From a virus (lineage: Duplodnaviria > Caudoviricetes), in the IMG/VR virus record IMGVR_UViG_3300020050_009209: 64,000 nucleotides of DNA; one strand, 5' to 3'. Below the pieces are notes generated by a model. The model saw only the letters and a list, made by a program, of their open reading frames with translations, did no database searches and was not told the origin of the DNA. Shown piece by piece: positions 27,984 through 38,040 of the stretch; position 1 is the stretch's first letter, and every line of letters starts with the position of its first letter. A program made the translations under genes and the position numbers.

Positions 27984-28200
27984 CTCTAGGGTGTGGAACC
28001 GAGGTGTAGTGTGTCTACTGTAAACGATGTTACCGGTACTGACCATGACGGGCTCTGCGAGGAGTGCGATGCACCCTTGACGCACGAGAATCTCATTGAG
28101 AGCAGCCTGGGTTTCTACTGTTCCGAGACATGCAAGGCTACGGCAGAGGACTACCCCTACGCCCCTTACCGCGAGGACTTCCACGCAGATTGAATGCAGC

Positions 28201-28518
28201 ATGTCAAAAAAGAACGTGAGGCAGAAGTTCAGGGACTTGGTCTTCACTCGGGACAAGCATGTTTGCCGGGTCTGTAAGGCCGTAGGTGGTGAGCTAGATG
28301 CGCACCACATTACAGATCGCAACCTGATGCCGGGTGGGGGCTATGTACCGGGGAACGGAATTTCCCTGTGCAAAGATTGCCACTTAAAGGCAGAGCACTT
28401 CCACTCGACAGGTACGAGCTTGCCAGGGTTTTCTCCAGAGGACCTGTACCAACTAATCGGTTCAAGTTATGCCGAAGCTCTTCGAGATTTAAGCACCTCT
28501 CTGGTTAAGCCGCACTAG
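28201..28518 (+). CDS. HNH endonuclease-like protein
   Basis: RDKHVCRVC...LDAHHI...NGISLCKDCH. Confidence 0.85.
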   Translation: MSKKNVRQKFRDLVFTRDKHVCRVCKAVGGELDAHHITDRNLMPGGGYVPGNGISLCKDCHLKAEHFHSTGTSLPGFSPEDLYQLIGSSYAEALRDLSTSLVKPH

Positions 28519-28538
28519 CAGAATCCGTAAGGCTTTAC

Positions 28539-28901
28539 ATGACCGACTACAACCTATCTAAGATCGATCAACTCTTCGTGTCCGGTTTGGAAGCCCACAT
28601 CGAGATGATGAAAGCTACTCCTGGTGAGGATGGCGTTACGCGTCAACTCGAAGCTCAAGCTCTTTTGCAGACGTTCAAGACCTTGGGGGCAACCCTAATC
28701 TTGCGGGTTGTACACGATGCACTAGCTGCGTCTACTGGGGAGCAAGAACAAACCATTGGTCTTGACTCGGCTTCCGTGGATTGGCACTTGAACCAACTCG
28801 TCACAAGTCTGGGTCGGGCACGAACAATTACCTCGAACTTGAGTCGACGCACTGCTAGTGAACTCCAGGGTATTCAGGCAAAATGGTCGAGCATTCTATG
28901 A
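28539..28901 (+). CDS. hypothetical protein
   Basis: ATG 9 nt after promoter. Confidence 0.75.
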   Translation: MTDYNLSKIDQLFVSGLEAHIEMMKATPGEDGVTRQLEAQALLQTFKTLGATLILRVVHDALAASTGEQEQTIGLDSASVDWHLNQLVTSLGRARTITSNLSRRTASELQGIQAKWSSIL

Positions 28902-29125
28902 TGGACGAAAAAGTGACTCTGTCTATGGAGCTTGCGACTCGCCTTAAGGACCTCGTGGGGGGCCTTCTCCGTAGAGTCTCTGATGTTGCATCAGATGACC
29001 CTAGGTTCGACTACTGTTGTGAGTTTTGCGGCAAACACTCCTCTGAACCTCACACGATTACGCATAAACCTGACTGTAAGGGGCTGGCCCTTCAGCGGGA
29101 GCTTCAGGAGGTTCTAGGTGGTTAA
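28898..29125 (+). CDS. hypothetical Zn-finger protein
   Basis: CEFC...HKPDC. Confidence 0.7.
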   Translation: MMDEKVTLSMELATRLKDLVGGLLRRVSDVASDDPRFDYCCEFCGKHSSEPHTITHKPDCKGLALQRELQEVLGG

Positions 29126-29525
29126 GTGGCGTATTCGTGAGCTTGGGCCCACCTTAGTGCTTGGAGATAGTACCGTCCGGTGCAATACTCTTGCGACAAA
29201 GGTTGCACAGTGGAGTCGTGAGGGTGGGTCGGATGGCCGAGCATTCCACTCTCATGGGAATGACTGGCACCACCGAGAGATTGAGCCTTGGATGGAGTCT
29301 ACCAAGCTCTGCCGTCAACCCATGATCGTATCTACGATGAACCCATACGTAGTAGATTGTCTTGGGTTACGAGACGCAGGGGATACCTACCTGGCTCTCA
29401 TTTTCTGCCCTACAGGGAGAGAGCCTTACAGCCCTACCTGGGAAGAGGCTCAGAGGATCTACGCTGCTTACAAGGCTGGCGTCCAGCACCTGAGTGAAAT
29501 TCTGAGGGTAGGTGGGTTTTGGTAG
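29118..29525 (+). CDS. hypothetical protein
   Basis: STMNPYVVD...QHLSEILR. Confidence 0.65.
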   Translation: MVKWRIRELGPTLVLGDSTVRCNTLATKVAQWSREGGSDGRAFHSHGNDWHHREIEPWMESTKLCRQPMIVSTMNPYVVDCLGLRDAGDTYLALIFCPTGREPYSPTWEEAQRIYAAYKAGVQHLSEILRVGGFW

Positions 29526-29527
29526 TC

Positions 29528-29716
29528 ATGAAAGACCAGTTGAACGAGAATAAAGCAGAACTCCGCCGTATTGCAGATGACCTGTGGGCCCTAGCAAAAG
29601 AGCGGTACCGAGTGGTTGGGGGCTCGGACGCAATGGTAGAGAAACTAAAGGTAACCTCCACCCAACTTCACGGTATTGCCTCAAGGCTTGACGCAAAGAC
29701 TCCGGTTAAATCCTAG
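29528..29716 (+). CDS. hypothetical protein
   Basis: + block; helical. Confidence 0.6.
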   Translation: MKDQLNENKAELRRIADDLWALAKERYRVVGGSDAMVEKLKVTSTQLHGIASRLDAKTPVKS

Positions 29717-29739
29717 CCCCTCTCTACGTAGGAGTAGGT

Positions 29740-30018
29740 ATGATTTACGCGGAAGTTCAGAAGGAAGTGGTTCTGGGCCTTGTGGGAGCCGACCTCATGG
29801 CCTGGTTCGAGTCTCAGATCAGGGAGTTCTGGGAAGCTGCCGCAGAAGACGATTACCAGGAAGCTGACAACTTCAGGTTTGCTCTCGTTGGGGACGCTCA
29901 CAGTGAGGGTCTCTACGATGACGCAGTCTCTGATGGCTGCTGTGGAGCCTATGACATGCTGTTCGCCCATCCGAATGGGCAACATACCTTCAAGTACGGG
30001 TTTAACTACGGCCACTGA
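29740..30018 (+). CDS. acidic hypothetical protein
   Basis: ATG 9 nt after promoter; DNFRFA...GCCG..D...GFNYGH. Confidence 0.85.
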   Translation: MIYAEVQKEVVLGLVGADLMAWFESQIREFWEAAAEDDYQEADNFRFALVGDAHSEGLYDDAVSDGCCGAYDMLFAHPNGQHTFKYGFNYGH

Positions 30019-30212
30019 TTTCGTAGGAGTAGTTAGGAAAGCCGAAACCAACGGGAGGTCCCCATGCTTATTGAAATGACGCTAAAGCAGGCGAGGTTGC
30101 TCGGGATTGTCGTGTGTGCTCATTGCGGCATGCCGCCCAACAACCACTGGGGTGACGGGAAGCCTGGAGGTAAGTGCGCTCACGTGCGCTCACGACTCGA
30201 AATGTCCAGGCT

Positions 30213-30608
30213 ATGAGCAAAAGATTCGACTTCCTAGAGGAGAGTAAAGTGCAACGAAACTTCAAGTATAGTGTGGTCGGAATGGTTAGGTTGTCCCAGG
30301 TCACGTTGCGGACAGATACCCCATGTAAGTACCGTGAAAAAGATCTCACTGTCATGTGTGAGGCAAGGGATGTACCTCCACATATTTCGCAGATTTCGGC
30401 CTACATTAACGATAAGTGGACCCCAGGGGACCTCGTTACGGCTCCCGTTAGTTACCACTTCGTAGTTGAAGTGAAGTCGACGATGGGTGCGGATGAGGCT
30501 CAGCTTCAACTGAAGAATGTACTGGAATGTTCTTTCCCGCGTAGCGATGATCCTACCCTTGCATACCCCCTTGCATTCCACTACATCAAGCTAGTAAAGC
30601 ACGTCTAA
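30213..30608 (+). CDS. hypothetical protein
   Basis: Start moved to ATG 30213. Confidence 0.6.
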   Translation: MSKRFDFLEESKVQRNFKYSVVGMVRLSQVTLRTDTPCKYREKDLTVMCEARDVPPHISQISAYINDKWTPGDLVTAPVSYHFVVEVKSTMGADEAQLQLKNVLECSFPRSDDPTLAYPLAFHYIKLVKHV

Positions 30609-30611
30609 CCC

Positions 30612-32756
30612 ATGTTCAAGCCAGGCGAAATCGCACGAGTCAACAACTCTGATCTCACGGTCACCGTCCTAGCTGGGACGCCTGAGGGTTCTCCCCTTAC
30701 GTGGCCTATCCAGACCGACGCTGGAGTGTACAATGAGAGTGATCTCTCTCCTGCTCACCCATCGGTTCTAGCCACGGTGGAGGCAAAGGAGATAGGTTTC
30801 GTAGAGCGCCCTTCGAGTGCGAATAAGGAAATCCTGCCCTTTGATCTCCGAGACAAGATCGAGAGTATCATCAAGGGGGCCAAAATTGACCTTCGAGGGC
30901 ACTGGAAAAATGGGGCCCTGCTAGAGGGTATGTCGGTAGGTCCCTCAATTTTCATCCACGTTACCTCAATGTCGACAGCAGACGCTAAGGCTGTACTACA
31001 AGCGAATAGCAAGAAGACTCCTCTCGACCGCTGGGTCCCAATCGACGTCCACCTGTCAAATCTCCCTCGAACGTGCTCGTTCTGCGGGGCAGAAGACTTC
31101 TACCTGGAGACGAACGGAATCGAAGTTCGTCTTGCGTCAGATCCGTGCCCTTTCGAGGCGGGTCTTCCGCCCACGGAATGGGAGCTGAATGTTCCTAGCG
31201 GTAAGTTGATTGTTGCCAACGATCTACGCCAGATTTTCCCCCTCCCTGAGGCTGAGGACTTTAGCTTCAACACGGCATACGGTTGCAAGCAAACGGCGCT
31301 TGCCTATGCCCAGCACGGGATGTCTCATGCTTTCGTGGGGAACACCTGCCCAGCAGTCTACCAGCTAGAGAAAGGGGTATACAAGATCGCCAATGCCCCC
31401 TCCACTGAGATGTGGAACGGTAAGAAATACGTCGACATTGACCCTCCTACACCCTTCGATGGTAAGCAGGTTGCGGGCATTTGTACGGATCTCTGGTGGT
31501 ACTCTATCTGTGATCAGGCTGAATTCAAGCGTCGATGCAAGCGATTTGGACTCAAACAGGCTGAGTTCAACGTTGAGGTAGTCAACGTTAAACCCGGTGT
31601 CTACCGGTTCCGCCATAACGACTTTGTTGATCGAGGTGGCCCTGAGGAGGTAGTGTACGCTCAATTCGAGTGGGTACGAGAGCCAGATCCGGTCAAGAAT
31701 TACTTGGAGTCGTACGAGCAGGTTGAAGTTAACCCTCACGCTTACGTACAGGCCATGGCGTGGAGATGGCCAACCCTCTACGGTACTGGCAAAAAGACCG
31801 CATGGGAGAACCTGAAACCTGAAGATAAAAGCCGGGCTTGGAGGCTCGTTACAGACTCTGTACTGTGCCTTCTCGGTGGTGGAATCAAATGGCACGAGAG
31901 GGGCTTCCCCTGCGCTAAGGTTGACGCGTCTATTCCTGACGTAGAGCCACCCTCATTCCGGTCCCAGCAGCACTGGTACCCGTTTTCTCGACCCTACGGT
32001 GGACTATTCGCGCCCAAGCTCAGTCCCTCATTCGCGAAGTTGGCCTTCCGTGTTCTGGAGTCTGTAATCTCGTTTGGGACGACAGTCCAAGACAGTCTTC
32101 GTTCTCGTGCGGTTGAGGATGTTCGGGATCGAATGCTCTTGGCTGTTCAGCGCTACCGAGAGCTGGCACTAGAGCATCCACTTGAGGCTGACCCTGAGTA
32201 TGTTAACTGGCTTGGCCAGGAGGGGCGTGCCGAGTCTTGGGTTGCAAACTTCCCTCTAGGTCCTGAGTTCACGGAAAAGCACCGTAAACACAAGGAAAGT
32301 CAGAGGTGGGTTCCTGAGGGTACGTACGCTATCGCGTTCGACGCTCGGGAGATCGATAAGGAAAGTGGGGGGTTTGCTTGGCATCCCTCGAAGGGTGGGT
32401 GCTGGGCGAACAAGAAAGACGCAGAGCGCTATGCCATTCTAGGGGGAGAGACCCACGGTGATAACGGGGAGAATTGCTTCTGGAGCACACACGCCACGAA
32501 CACCTCGGTACCGCTCTTCTCAGTTGCTCGGGTTGTTGGCCTCGGGGAGGTCTCACACATGGGAGAGACGATTATCGAGGTGGCCTACGACTACGGCACC
32601 CCCTGGATGCAAGGGGAGACTCGAAAGGGGATCCCAGAAAAGGGGGGTGGGATCAAGCTCTTGACGAAGGAAGAGTATGACCTTCTACTACCTGAAGCGG
32701 TACAGTTTTTCGAGAAGGCTGAGAAGGCCTCTCGGAAAAAGGAGAAAAATTCATGA
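30612..32756 (+). CDS. large hypothetical protein (714 aa)
   Basis: Longest ORF; motifs PSGKLIVANDLR, FVGNTCP, ICTDLWWYS. Confidence 0.9.
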   Translation: MFKPGEIARVNNSDLTVTVLAGTPEGSPLTWPIQTDAGVYNESDLSPAHPSVLATVEAKEIGFVERPSSANKEILPFDLRDKIESIIKGAKIDLRGHWKNGALLEGMSVGPSIFIHVTSMSTADAKAVLQANSKKTPLDRWVPIDVHLSNLPRTCSFCGAEDFYLETNGIEVRLASDPCPFEAGLPPTEWELNVPSGKLIVANDLRQIFPLPEAEDFSFNTAYGCKQTALAYAQHGMSHAFVGNTCPAVYQLEKGVYKIANAPSTEMWNGKKYVDIDPPTPFDGKQVAGICTDLWWYSICDQAEFKRRCKRFGLKQAEFNVEVVNVKPGVYRFRHNDFVDRGGPEEVVYAQFEWVREPDPVKNYLESYEQVEVNPHAYVQAMAWRWPTLYGTGKKTAWENLKPEDKSRAWRLVTDSVLCLLGGGIKWHERGFPCAKVDASIPDVEPPSFRSQQHWYPFSRPYGGLFAPKLSPSFAKLAFRVLESVISFGTTVQDSLRSRAVEDVRDRMLLAVQRYRELALEHPLEADPEYVNWLGQEGRAESWVANFPLGPEFTEKHRKHKESQRWVPEGTYAIAFDAREIDKESGGFAWHPSKGGCWANKKDAERYAILGGETHGDNGENCFWSTHATNTSVPLFSVARVVGLGEVSHMGETIIEVAYDYGTPWMQGETRKGIPEKGGGIKLLTKEEYDLLLPEAVQFFEKAEKASRKKEKNS

Positions 32757-32959
32757 CGAGCGCAGACAACAAAATCGAAGAGGCCCTAGAGGCGGCCCGT
32801 AACTATGGTTGGATTGACGGAGCCCACCACAAAATGTGGGTCATCGATCAGATGGTTCGGAATTTGACCGGAGACGGGTACGATGCCTGGGTAGCCAACT
32901 ACCAGCAGGGTGAGGATGGACCTAACACCTACACCTGGGACACAGGAATCGCACCCTAA
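32753..32959 (+). CDS. conserved small phage protein
   Basis: YGWIDGAHHKMWVIDQMVR...WDTGIAP. Confidence 0.85.
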   Translation: MTSADNKIEEALEAARNYGWIDGAHHKMWVIDQMVRNLTGDGYDAWVANYQQGEDGPNTYTWDTGIAP

Positions 32960-32967
32960 CTCAACCT

Positions 32968-33003
32968 GAAGCCCTTAACCTGAACTTTTCGGTTAAGGGC
33001 TTC
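32968..33003. terminator. hairpin terminator overlapping promoter
   Basis: gaagcccttaacc ... ggttaagggcttc. Confidence 0.75.
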
Positions 33004-33027
33004 GCTCTTTCATTCGTAGGGTCTGAC

Positions 33028-33117
33028 ATGAGCAACAACACAACCCACGACTACAAGATCACGAACATCCGAGCTGGCAAGGGGAACCGGTCCCACATTC
33101 TCTACGCGTGTCGATGA
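33028..33117 (+). CDS. 29-aa microprotein or truncated gene
   Basis: ATG 9 nt after promoter; followed by hairpin 33145-33171. Confidence 0.5.
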   Translation: MSNNTTHDYKITNIRAGKGNRSHILYACR

Positions 33118-33192
33118 CGATTCTGTTCCGTTTTGAAACTTAAGAGGGGTGGTAGTTAGTACTACCACCCCTTCTTTCACATAAGGTAATGT

Positions 33193-33456
33193 ATGGCAAG
33201 TCTGAGTCCTGACTGGGAACCCTATCTTTTTACGAACAGCGTCCTATTTCGTAAGCGTGATGCACGTAGTAGTGCCAAGGCCGGGAAGGACTTCCTCCGG
33301 TTGTGGGGGCATGTGCAACCCACCCCTAGTTGGTTGACCCCACCTCCCCTCCCACCTCTATCGAAAGCTGCTGTAACCAAGCTGACTCAACTTTTTGAGC
33401 TAGCCAGCTCCGTGGTAGTTGTAAGGAGCCCTGTCTCAAAGAAGGAGGGCACATGA
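33193..33456 (+). CDS. hypothetical protein
   Basis: AAGG upstream; ATGA coupling. Confidence 0.55.
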   Translation: MASLSPDWEPYLFTNSVLFRKRDARSSAKAGKDFLRLWGHVQPTPSWLTPPPLPPLSKAAVTKLTQLFELASSVVVVRSPVSKKEGT

Positions 33457-33773
33457 AGTACGAAATCAAGAACGAAGTCAAAGACAAAATCAGGGACGTC
33501 GTCTCCGATTGGATGGGTCTCAACCTAACCGAAGCTCAAGTGGAAGAGATTCTGAGTGTCCCCTCCCTCCGAGGCGAAATCGAGGAATGGGGTATCAGCG
33601 ATACCGTGACCCGAGAGAAGATCGGGGACTTCCTAGCTCGGAAGATCGTAGGTCGTTCCTGGCCTATGAATGGGGAAGACCAGAAAGGCAAAGATGCCTT
33701 CTACGCGTCCTTTGATACCCGAGCCAAGGAGCTTGGGTATCAGCTTCGTAGACAGTCCCAAAGGGCCAAATGA
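33453..33773 (+). CDS. hypothetical protein
   Basis: AGGAGG RBS. Confidence 0.8.
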   Translation: MKYEIKNEVKDKIRDVVSDWMGLNLTEAQVEEILSVPSLRGEIEEWGISDTVTREKIGDFLARKIVGRSWPMNGEDQKGKDAFYASFDTRAKELGYQLRRQSQRAK

Positions 33774-33967
33774 GTAAGTACTCAGTTACGGTTCGTCAGT
33801 TTGAGGACCAATTGGTGGAAGCAGAAGCTCGGGTTCGTAGGTTGGAGCTAGAAAACGAGGAGCTAAGGTGCTACATCAAGGACTACAGGATCAACCTTCA
33901 ACGTGCACTAGACAACCTGCAACGTGCACTAGACCTTCTAAAGGCTCCAGGTGTAGGCTTAAAGTGA
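33770..33967 (+). CDS. coiled-coil protein with NLQRALD tandem duplication
   Basis: 21-bp tandem repeat 33892-33933. Confidence 0.6.
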   Translation: MSKYSVTVRQFEDQLVEAEARVRRLELENEELRCYIKDYRINLQRALDNLQRALDLLKAPGVGLK

Positions 33968-34596
33968 GTACTTCAACTACCATTGACTCTCGTATTGACG
34001 ACATTCAAGCCAACTCCTATCGTGACTTCCATGCCAAAGGACTCGACTACCTCTGTATTCGTCGAGATCTTGAGCTAACACTCAAGGTGTACTTCTTCGA
34101 TGGTGACGCGTCGAAAATTGGCGAGGTCGTAAATCCGCATGACCATCGTTATCACTTTGAAAGTCGCGTACTTGCAGGAGAGGTAGAGAACGTTATCTAC
34201 TCTGAGACGAATGAACCAGCCGAACACTTCGACTTGTTCCACTACACGACTCCGCTCAACGGCTCGACACAGCCAGGGTTCAAGTATCTGAGAACCGCTC
34301 AACTTAAGCGAGACCGCACGGACAACCACCAAGCTGGAGCTGTCTGGGACAGCAGGTCGGCTGCAATCCACACGCTTTCGATCCGTAAGCCGGGTACCGT
34401 TCTGTTCCTTCGTCAGTACGTTGACGTGCTTCCGATTGGTACGCCAACCCAAACTTTCGTTCCTGCTGACCGTGGGGCTCCATCGTTGCAGGGGCTCTAT
34501 CGACGCTTCACACGAGACGAGATCATAGCCAAGATAGCAGAGTTGGAGGCACGTACAGGTAAGACTGTTGACGACCTCCTTAAGATTACGGTGTAG
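33964..34596 (+). CDS. cupin-like (double-stranded beta-helix) protein
   Basis: PHDHRYHFESRVLAG ... IHTL metal-binding pattern. Confidence 0.7.
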   Translation: MSTSTTIDSRIDDIQANSYRDFHAKGLDYLCIRRDLELTLKVYFFDGDASKIGEVVNPHDHRYHFESRVLAGEVENVIYSETNEPAEHFDLFHYTTPLNGSTQPGFKYLRTAQLKRDRTDNHQAGAVWDSRSAAIHTLSIRKPGTVLFLRQYVDVLPIGTPTQTFVPADRGAPSLQGLYRRFTRDEIIAKIAELEARTGKTVDDLLKITV

Positions 34597-34598
34597 TT

Positions 34599-34874
34599 AT
34601 GCCTCAGGATGGAACCCAGGCAATCCTAAACGAGGCCGTGAGCGTCATCGAGAGACTCTTCCGTAAAGGTAAATTTCAGGTGGTGGACCAAGCTCTCACT
34701 TACCTGAAGGTTGATGCTATACCGTCAGAGGTGCTACTTGGAATTCTAACCATAACCTTCCACGCTAAGGAACACCTCCCCTCTCGACCCGCTTTCTTAG
34801 CTGAAGCTGAGCCTGTCTTGGTTGCAAGGCTAGGATCTCAACGTGCCAACGCTCTACTGAAATACAGACGATAA
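34599..34874 (+). CDS. hypothetical protein
   Basis: + block. Confidence 0.7.
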   Translation: MPQDGTQAILNEAVSVIERLFRKGKFQVVDQALTYLKVDAIPSEVLLGILTITFHAKEHLPSRPAFLAEAEPVLVARLGSQRANALLKYRR

Positions 34875-35263
34875 TGATTGAAGACTCTCGTTCCAAAGTC
34901 CCAACCCCAAGCCATCCCACACCAGACAAGCTAGCCCCACTTCTTTACGAAGCTTACGGTAAAGCTCAGAATTGGGAGCGCCCCTCAGGGGAGGTCCTTC
35001 CCGATTGGTCAAGGCTCAGCGAGGAACCTCAGAGGGCCTGGTTACACCTAGCTAAAATGGCTATCGCACGTGTCAACGATGTGACCGGAGAGCAGTTGTA
35101 CGCATGTTTTCAGTATAGTCTTGTGCTACATCCGGTTACGGGGCGGTTCACTAGAGTTCCAAGCCAAGAGTGTTACCCGGAGTTTCCTATTGAGTTGCAG
35201 AGTGCTTGGGACTCCGCAGCTGAAGCTTTCAATAGGGTTGTACGAGGGGGTTATGCGTTGTAA
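34874..35263 (+). CDS. hypothetical protein with internal repeat
   Basis: LYEAY...LPDW..L...QRAW repeated as LYACF...YPE...LQSAW. Confidence 0.75.
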   Translation: MIEDSRSKVPTPSHPTPDKLAPLLYEAYGKAQNWERPSGEVLPDWSRLSEEPQRAWLHLAKMAIARVNDVTGEQLYACFQYSLVLHPVTGRFTRVPSQECYPEFPIELQSAWDSAAEAFNRVVRGGYAL

Positions 35264-35555
35264 GGACAGGTGGCATGGGGAACTTGTACTGACGTTCCAA
35301 CGACTTGCAGGTAAACCTCCTAAGGGCCGTCGATGGAATCGTGCTTGGAGACGTAGACTACTCTCAAGCTTTGAATATCACACGGAGGTTGCTGCGAGAG
35401 TTATGGCTGCGGAAATGGAGCGGGTCGAGAATGACCGGATATTGAACGACCTGATCAACATGGCTAAAGCCCATTGGGACGACACTCATGCTGTCCCGTA
35501 CGACTCTGAAACTGCTGAGAATTTGTACCTCAACTATGACTACCAAATCGACTAA
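35253..35555 (+). CDS. hypothetical protein
   Basis: GAGG RBS before ATG 35253. Confidence 0.65.
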   Translation: MRCKDRWHGELVLTFQRLAGKPPKGRRWNRAWRRRLLSSFEYHTEVAARVMAAEMERVENDRILNDLINMAKAHWDDTHAVPYDSETAENLYLNYDYQID

Positions 35556-36378
35556 GCCAGGCGAGACCATCAAAGTTGCAGTAGCCAACAACGTCCTTCT
35601 AGAGGTCCCCATTTGGGAGGCTCACTTTCGAGGATCCAATTGGATGGCTGTAATTAACGTAGACGGATCCAGTCCTGGAGGTTTGAGCCGTAGGTTTATG
35701 CCAAGAGGCAAGGGGGATTGCTTCTACTTGCTTGAACAACTCCAGCTCTTCGACCCGATCGAATTTGGTGCGGACTACACGACCTCGGTTGGAACTAAGA
35801 AACGAGACCGTTGGTACGGTGTAGTCACTGCGGTCACAGACGGGCACCTAAGCATCGAGAGGACCTCGACAGGGGTAGCGGCCGTCCTGAGAGCCAAAGC
35901 GGCTAGAGAGTCCCCTAGAGATAGAGCAATGGCCCTCCGTGAGACCCTTCAGGCTCACCTAGACCAGGTGGTTGCCATTGAGAGGGAAATTCACGAGCTT
36001 GACCGGACCCCCGTGGAGTCTGAAGTGCCAGCAGATCTACCTACGGTACCGTTTTCCGTAGAAGACTACCAAGCGCCTGCGGTCCCACCTACAGCTGAGC
36101 AGCTAGCCGATTTGTTTAGCGAAGTCGAGCGTACAAAAGATTGCGTTGTGAGAGTTTGGGTATCCCCAACGAGTGTTCGAGTCTTGAAGTCACTTCCAGG
36201 CTTTACCCTGTGTTCTAGCCTCACCCCTGAGGTCTTTGGAAGTCTCTGGGGGGCAACGTTTTTAGTATCCCCAAAGATCCCACATGGGAGGGTATACCTT
36301 ACCCCAGGCAAACTTGAGGATGCCGATCTGGTACCAGAGTGGACCCCGGTACCAGAAGAATTGCAATCTTGGGGTTAA
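35536..36378 (+). CDS. two-domain hypothetical protein (C-terminus resembles a capsid A-domain fragment)
   Basis: GSLWGATFLVSPKIPHGRVY; stop in promoter TTAA. Confidence 0.75.
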   Translation: MTTKSTKPGETIKVAVANNVLLEVPIWEAHFRGSNWMAVINVDGSSPGGLSRRFMPRGKGDCFYLLEQLQLFDPIEFGADYTTSVGTKKRDRWYGVVTAVTDGHLSIERTSTGVAAVLRAKAARESPRDRAMALRETLQAHLDQVVAIEREIHELDRTPVESEVPADLPTVPFSVEDYQAPAVPPTAEQLADLFSEVERTKDCVVRVWVSPTSVRVLKSLPGFTLCSSLTPEVFGSLWGATFLVSPKIPHGRVYLTPGKLEDADLVPEWTPVPEELQSWG

Positions 36379-36408
36379 AGATTCCTGACTCTCTCCGTAT
36401 GGTAGAGT

Positions 36409-36738
36409 ATGAAAACCACCACGAAGTTTACGGTTGAGCGCGACGGGCGTGAAGTTACCCTCCTGGTGGAGGCGGATTACTACCCTGGTTCTCCAGGAAG
36501 GACCTACGGACCTCCTGAGAACTGCTATCCCCCTGAGGGGTCGGAACTCGTGGTCTCCAAGCTGACTCTGAACGGCCAGGTTTGGGATGACGCCCTCACG
36601 GATGAGGAAGAGGACGACATCGTTAACACCATGTTGATGGAGGCGGACGCCGCTGAGGAGGAAAGTCCGGAGTACGACTACGACGATCCCCCTCACGAGG
36701 ACTTCTGTAGCTACGAGGACTACTGCGACTACGAGTGA
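36409..36738 (+). CDS. highly acidic small protein
   Basis: ATG 9 nt after promoter; GPPENCYPPE; D/E/Y-rich tail. Confidence 0.85.
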   Translation: MKTTTKFTVERDGREVTLLVEADYYPGSPGRTYGPPENCYPPEGSELVVSKLTLNGQVWDDALTDEEEDDIVNTMLMEADAAEEESPEYDYDDPPHEDFCSYEDYCDYE

Positions 36739-36800
36739 GCCTCAAACAAAAGCCGAGTGGGAAGTCCACACTCGGCTTTTTACGTACTGGAAAGTTAAGT

Positions 36801-37073
36801 ATGAACCCTAGGAACCCTAAGTCCAAGTCGCCTAAGTCCAAGTCACCTCTCTGCTTCGAGGCTAGACGGTACGACCTCTCAGCCGAGGAGGCTCGGGAGG
36901 AGCTTCTGAGTATTCGTAGCCTCCTTGACGACCTTCTAACGAAGTCGTCAGACATGCATCGACTTCGAGTCGTATCCGAGTTGAAGGCAAAGTTGACCTT
37001 CGGATTTCGCACGATCGACGACTTGGCAGTTTTGAGTCATATCGCAAACCGACGTAAGCCGCGTAAGACTTAG
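36801..37073 (+). CDS. hypothetical protein
   Basis: PKSKS tandem duplication; last gene of + block. Confidence 0.6.
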   Translation: MNPRNPKSKSPKSKSPLCFEARRYDLSAEEAREELLSIRSLLDDLLTKSSDMHRLRVVSELKAKLTFGFRTIDDLAVLSHIANRRKPRKT

Positions 37074-37090
37074 ACTTCACACAAAGCGAA

Positions 37091-37124
37091 GAAGGGGGAG
37101 GTTGCTAGAACAACCTCCCCCTTC
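37091..37124. terminator. bidirectional terminator at convergence
   Basis: gaagggggaggttg-ctagaa-caacctcccccttc. Confidence 0.85.
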
Positions 37125-37128
37125 TCTT

Positions 37129-37734
37129 TCACGGGTCTTGTGGGACAATCACGGCAACCGACTGGTCTGGGTAGTGAGTGATTACGTTGATTAGAGCCGC
37201 ATCCACAAGCTTCTGAGCCTGAGTAAGCAAGTCTTCGTCGACCTGCTCGAATGCGTCCTCGTGGTGATCTTCCAGCCACCCTGCACACTCACGATGAAGG
37301 TCAACGGTAGGTGCCTCAGCTTTGGTGCCCCACACGAAACGAACGCCGTCAACCTCAGAGCACTCCCTGACGTCCCCATCCCAGTCGTCAGCTTCGATGT
37401 AATGGTCGTCCCCAGGGGCAACTACAAGCCCACGGTAACGCTCCATGGGTACCTTCGTGGCAGCTCGGAATGCGGCCTCAAGGGAAGCTCTCTCACTCAG
37501 CACCTTACAGGGATCGCAGTAGCCAGAGTAGTGGAATCGAGGCGAGGCCCCACAGGTTATACATTCTGGTAGGTCGCAATGCTTACGAACCGCAGCAATG
37601 GCTCGCTCTTGAGCTTCAGGCCCCTCTCCAAAGGAGGACACGAAGACGAGAAACCTGCAATGCCCCTCATTTCCACCACAGAATGCTGCGTAGGGGTTCC
37701 CATTTCTATCGTAGGCTAGGATTGGTTCAGTCAT
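37129..37734 (-). CDS. hypothetical protein
   Basis: CITC...CDPC; start moved to ATG 37734. Confidence 0.75.
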   Translation of the reverse strand: MTEPILAYDRNGNPYAAFCGGNEGHCRFLVFVSSFGEGPEAQERAIAAVRKHCDLPECITCGASPRFHYSGYCDPCKVLSERASLEAAFRAATKVPMERYRGLVVAPGDDHYIEADDWDGDVRECSEVDGVRFVWGTKAEAPTVDLHRECAGWLEDHHEDAFEQVDEDLLTQAQKLVDAALINVITHYPDQSVAVIVPQDP

Positions 37735-38040
37735 GCTCTTCTCAATCAAATGTGTAGTGAAATATGCCCCACTTAACTTCAACCGACTCGTAGGCCTTAC
37801 TTAGGGAGGGAATCAAGTCGACTGCAAAGATCCGCATCCCCTCTATGGCGAGGTCTTTCTCAGCCTCAGATGGGATCTGGCATGCTTCGGAAAATTCCTT
37901 GCATGTGGCTTTTGACAGCCTCCTCCAACCGGAAGAGCTTGTCCTGAAGGTCTTTCGCCGTACCCTCTAGAATCTCTTGAGCCCGTTCTTGACAGAGGGC
38001 ATTGTACTGCTCCATGAGCAACTCTATGAAGAGTTTAGGG

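Noticed and set aside
33892-36845. Short tandem duplications (33892-33933, 36816-36845; also 9570-9594)
   Set aside because: Two-unit slippage duplications; no array or functional signal
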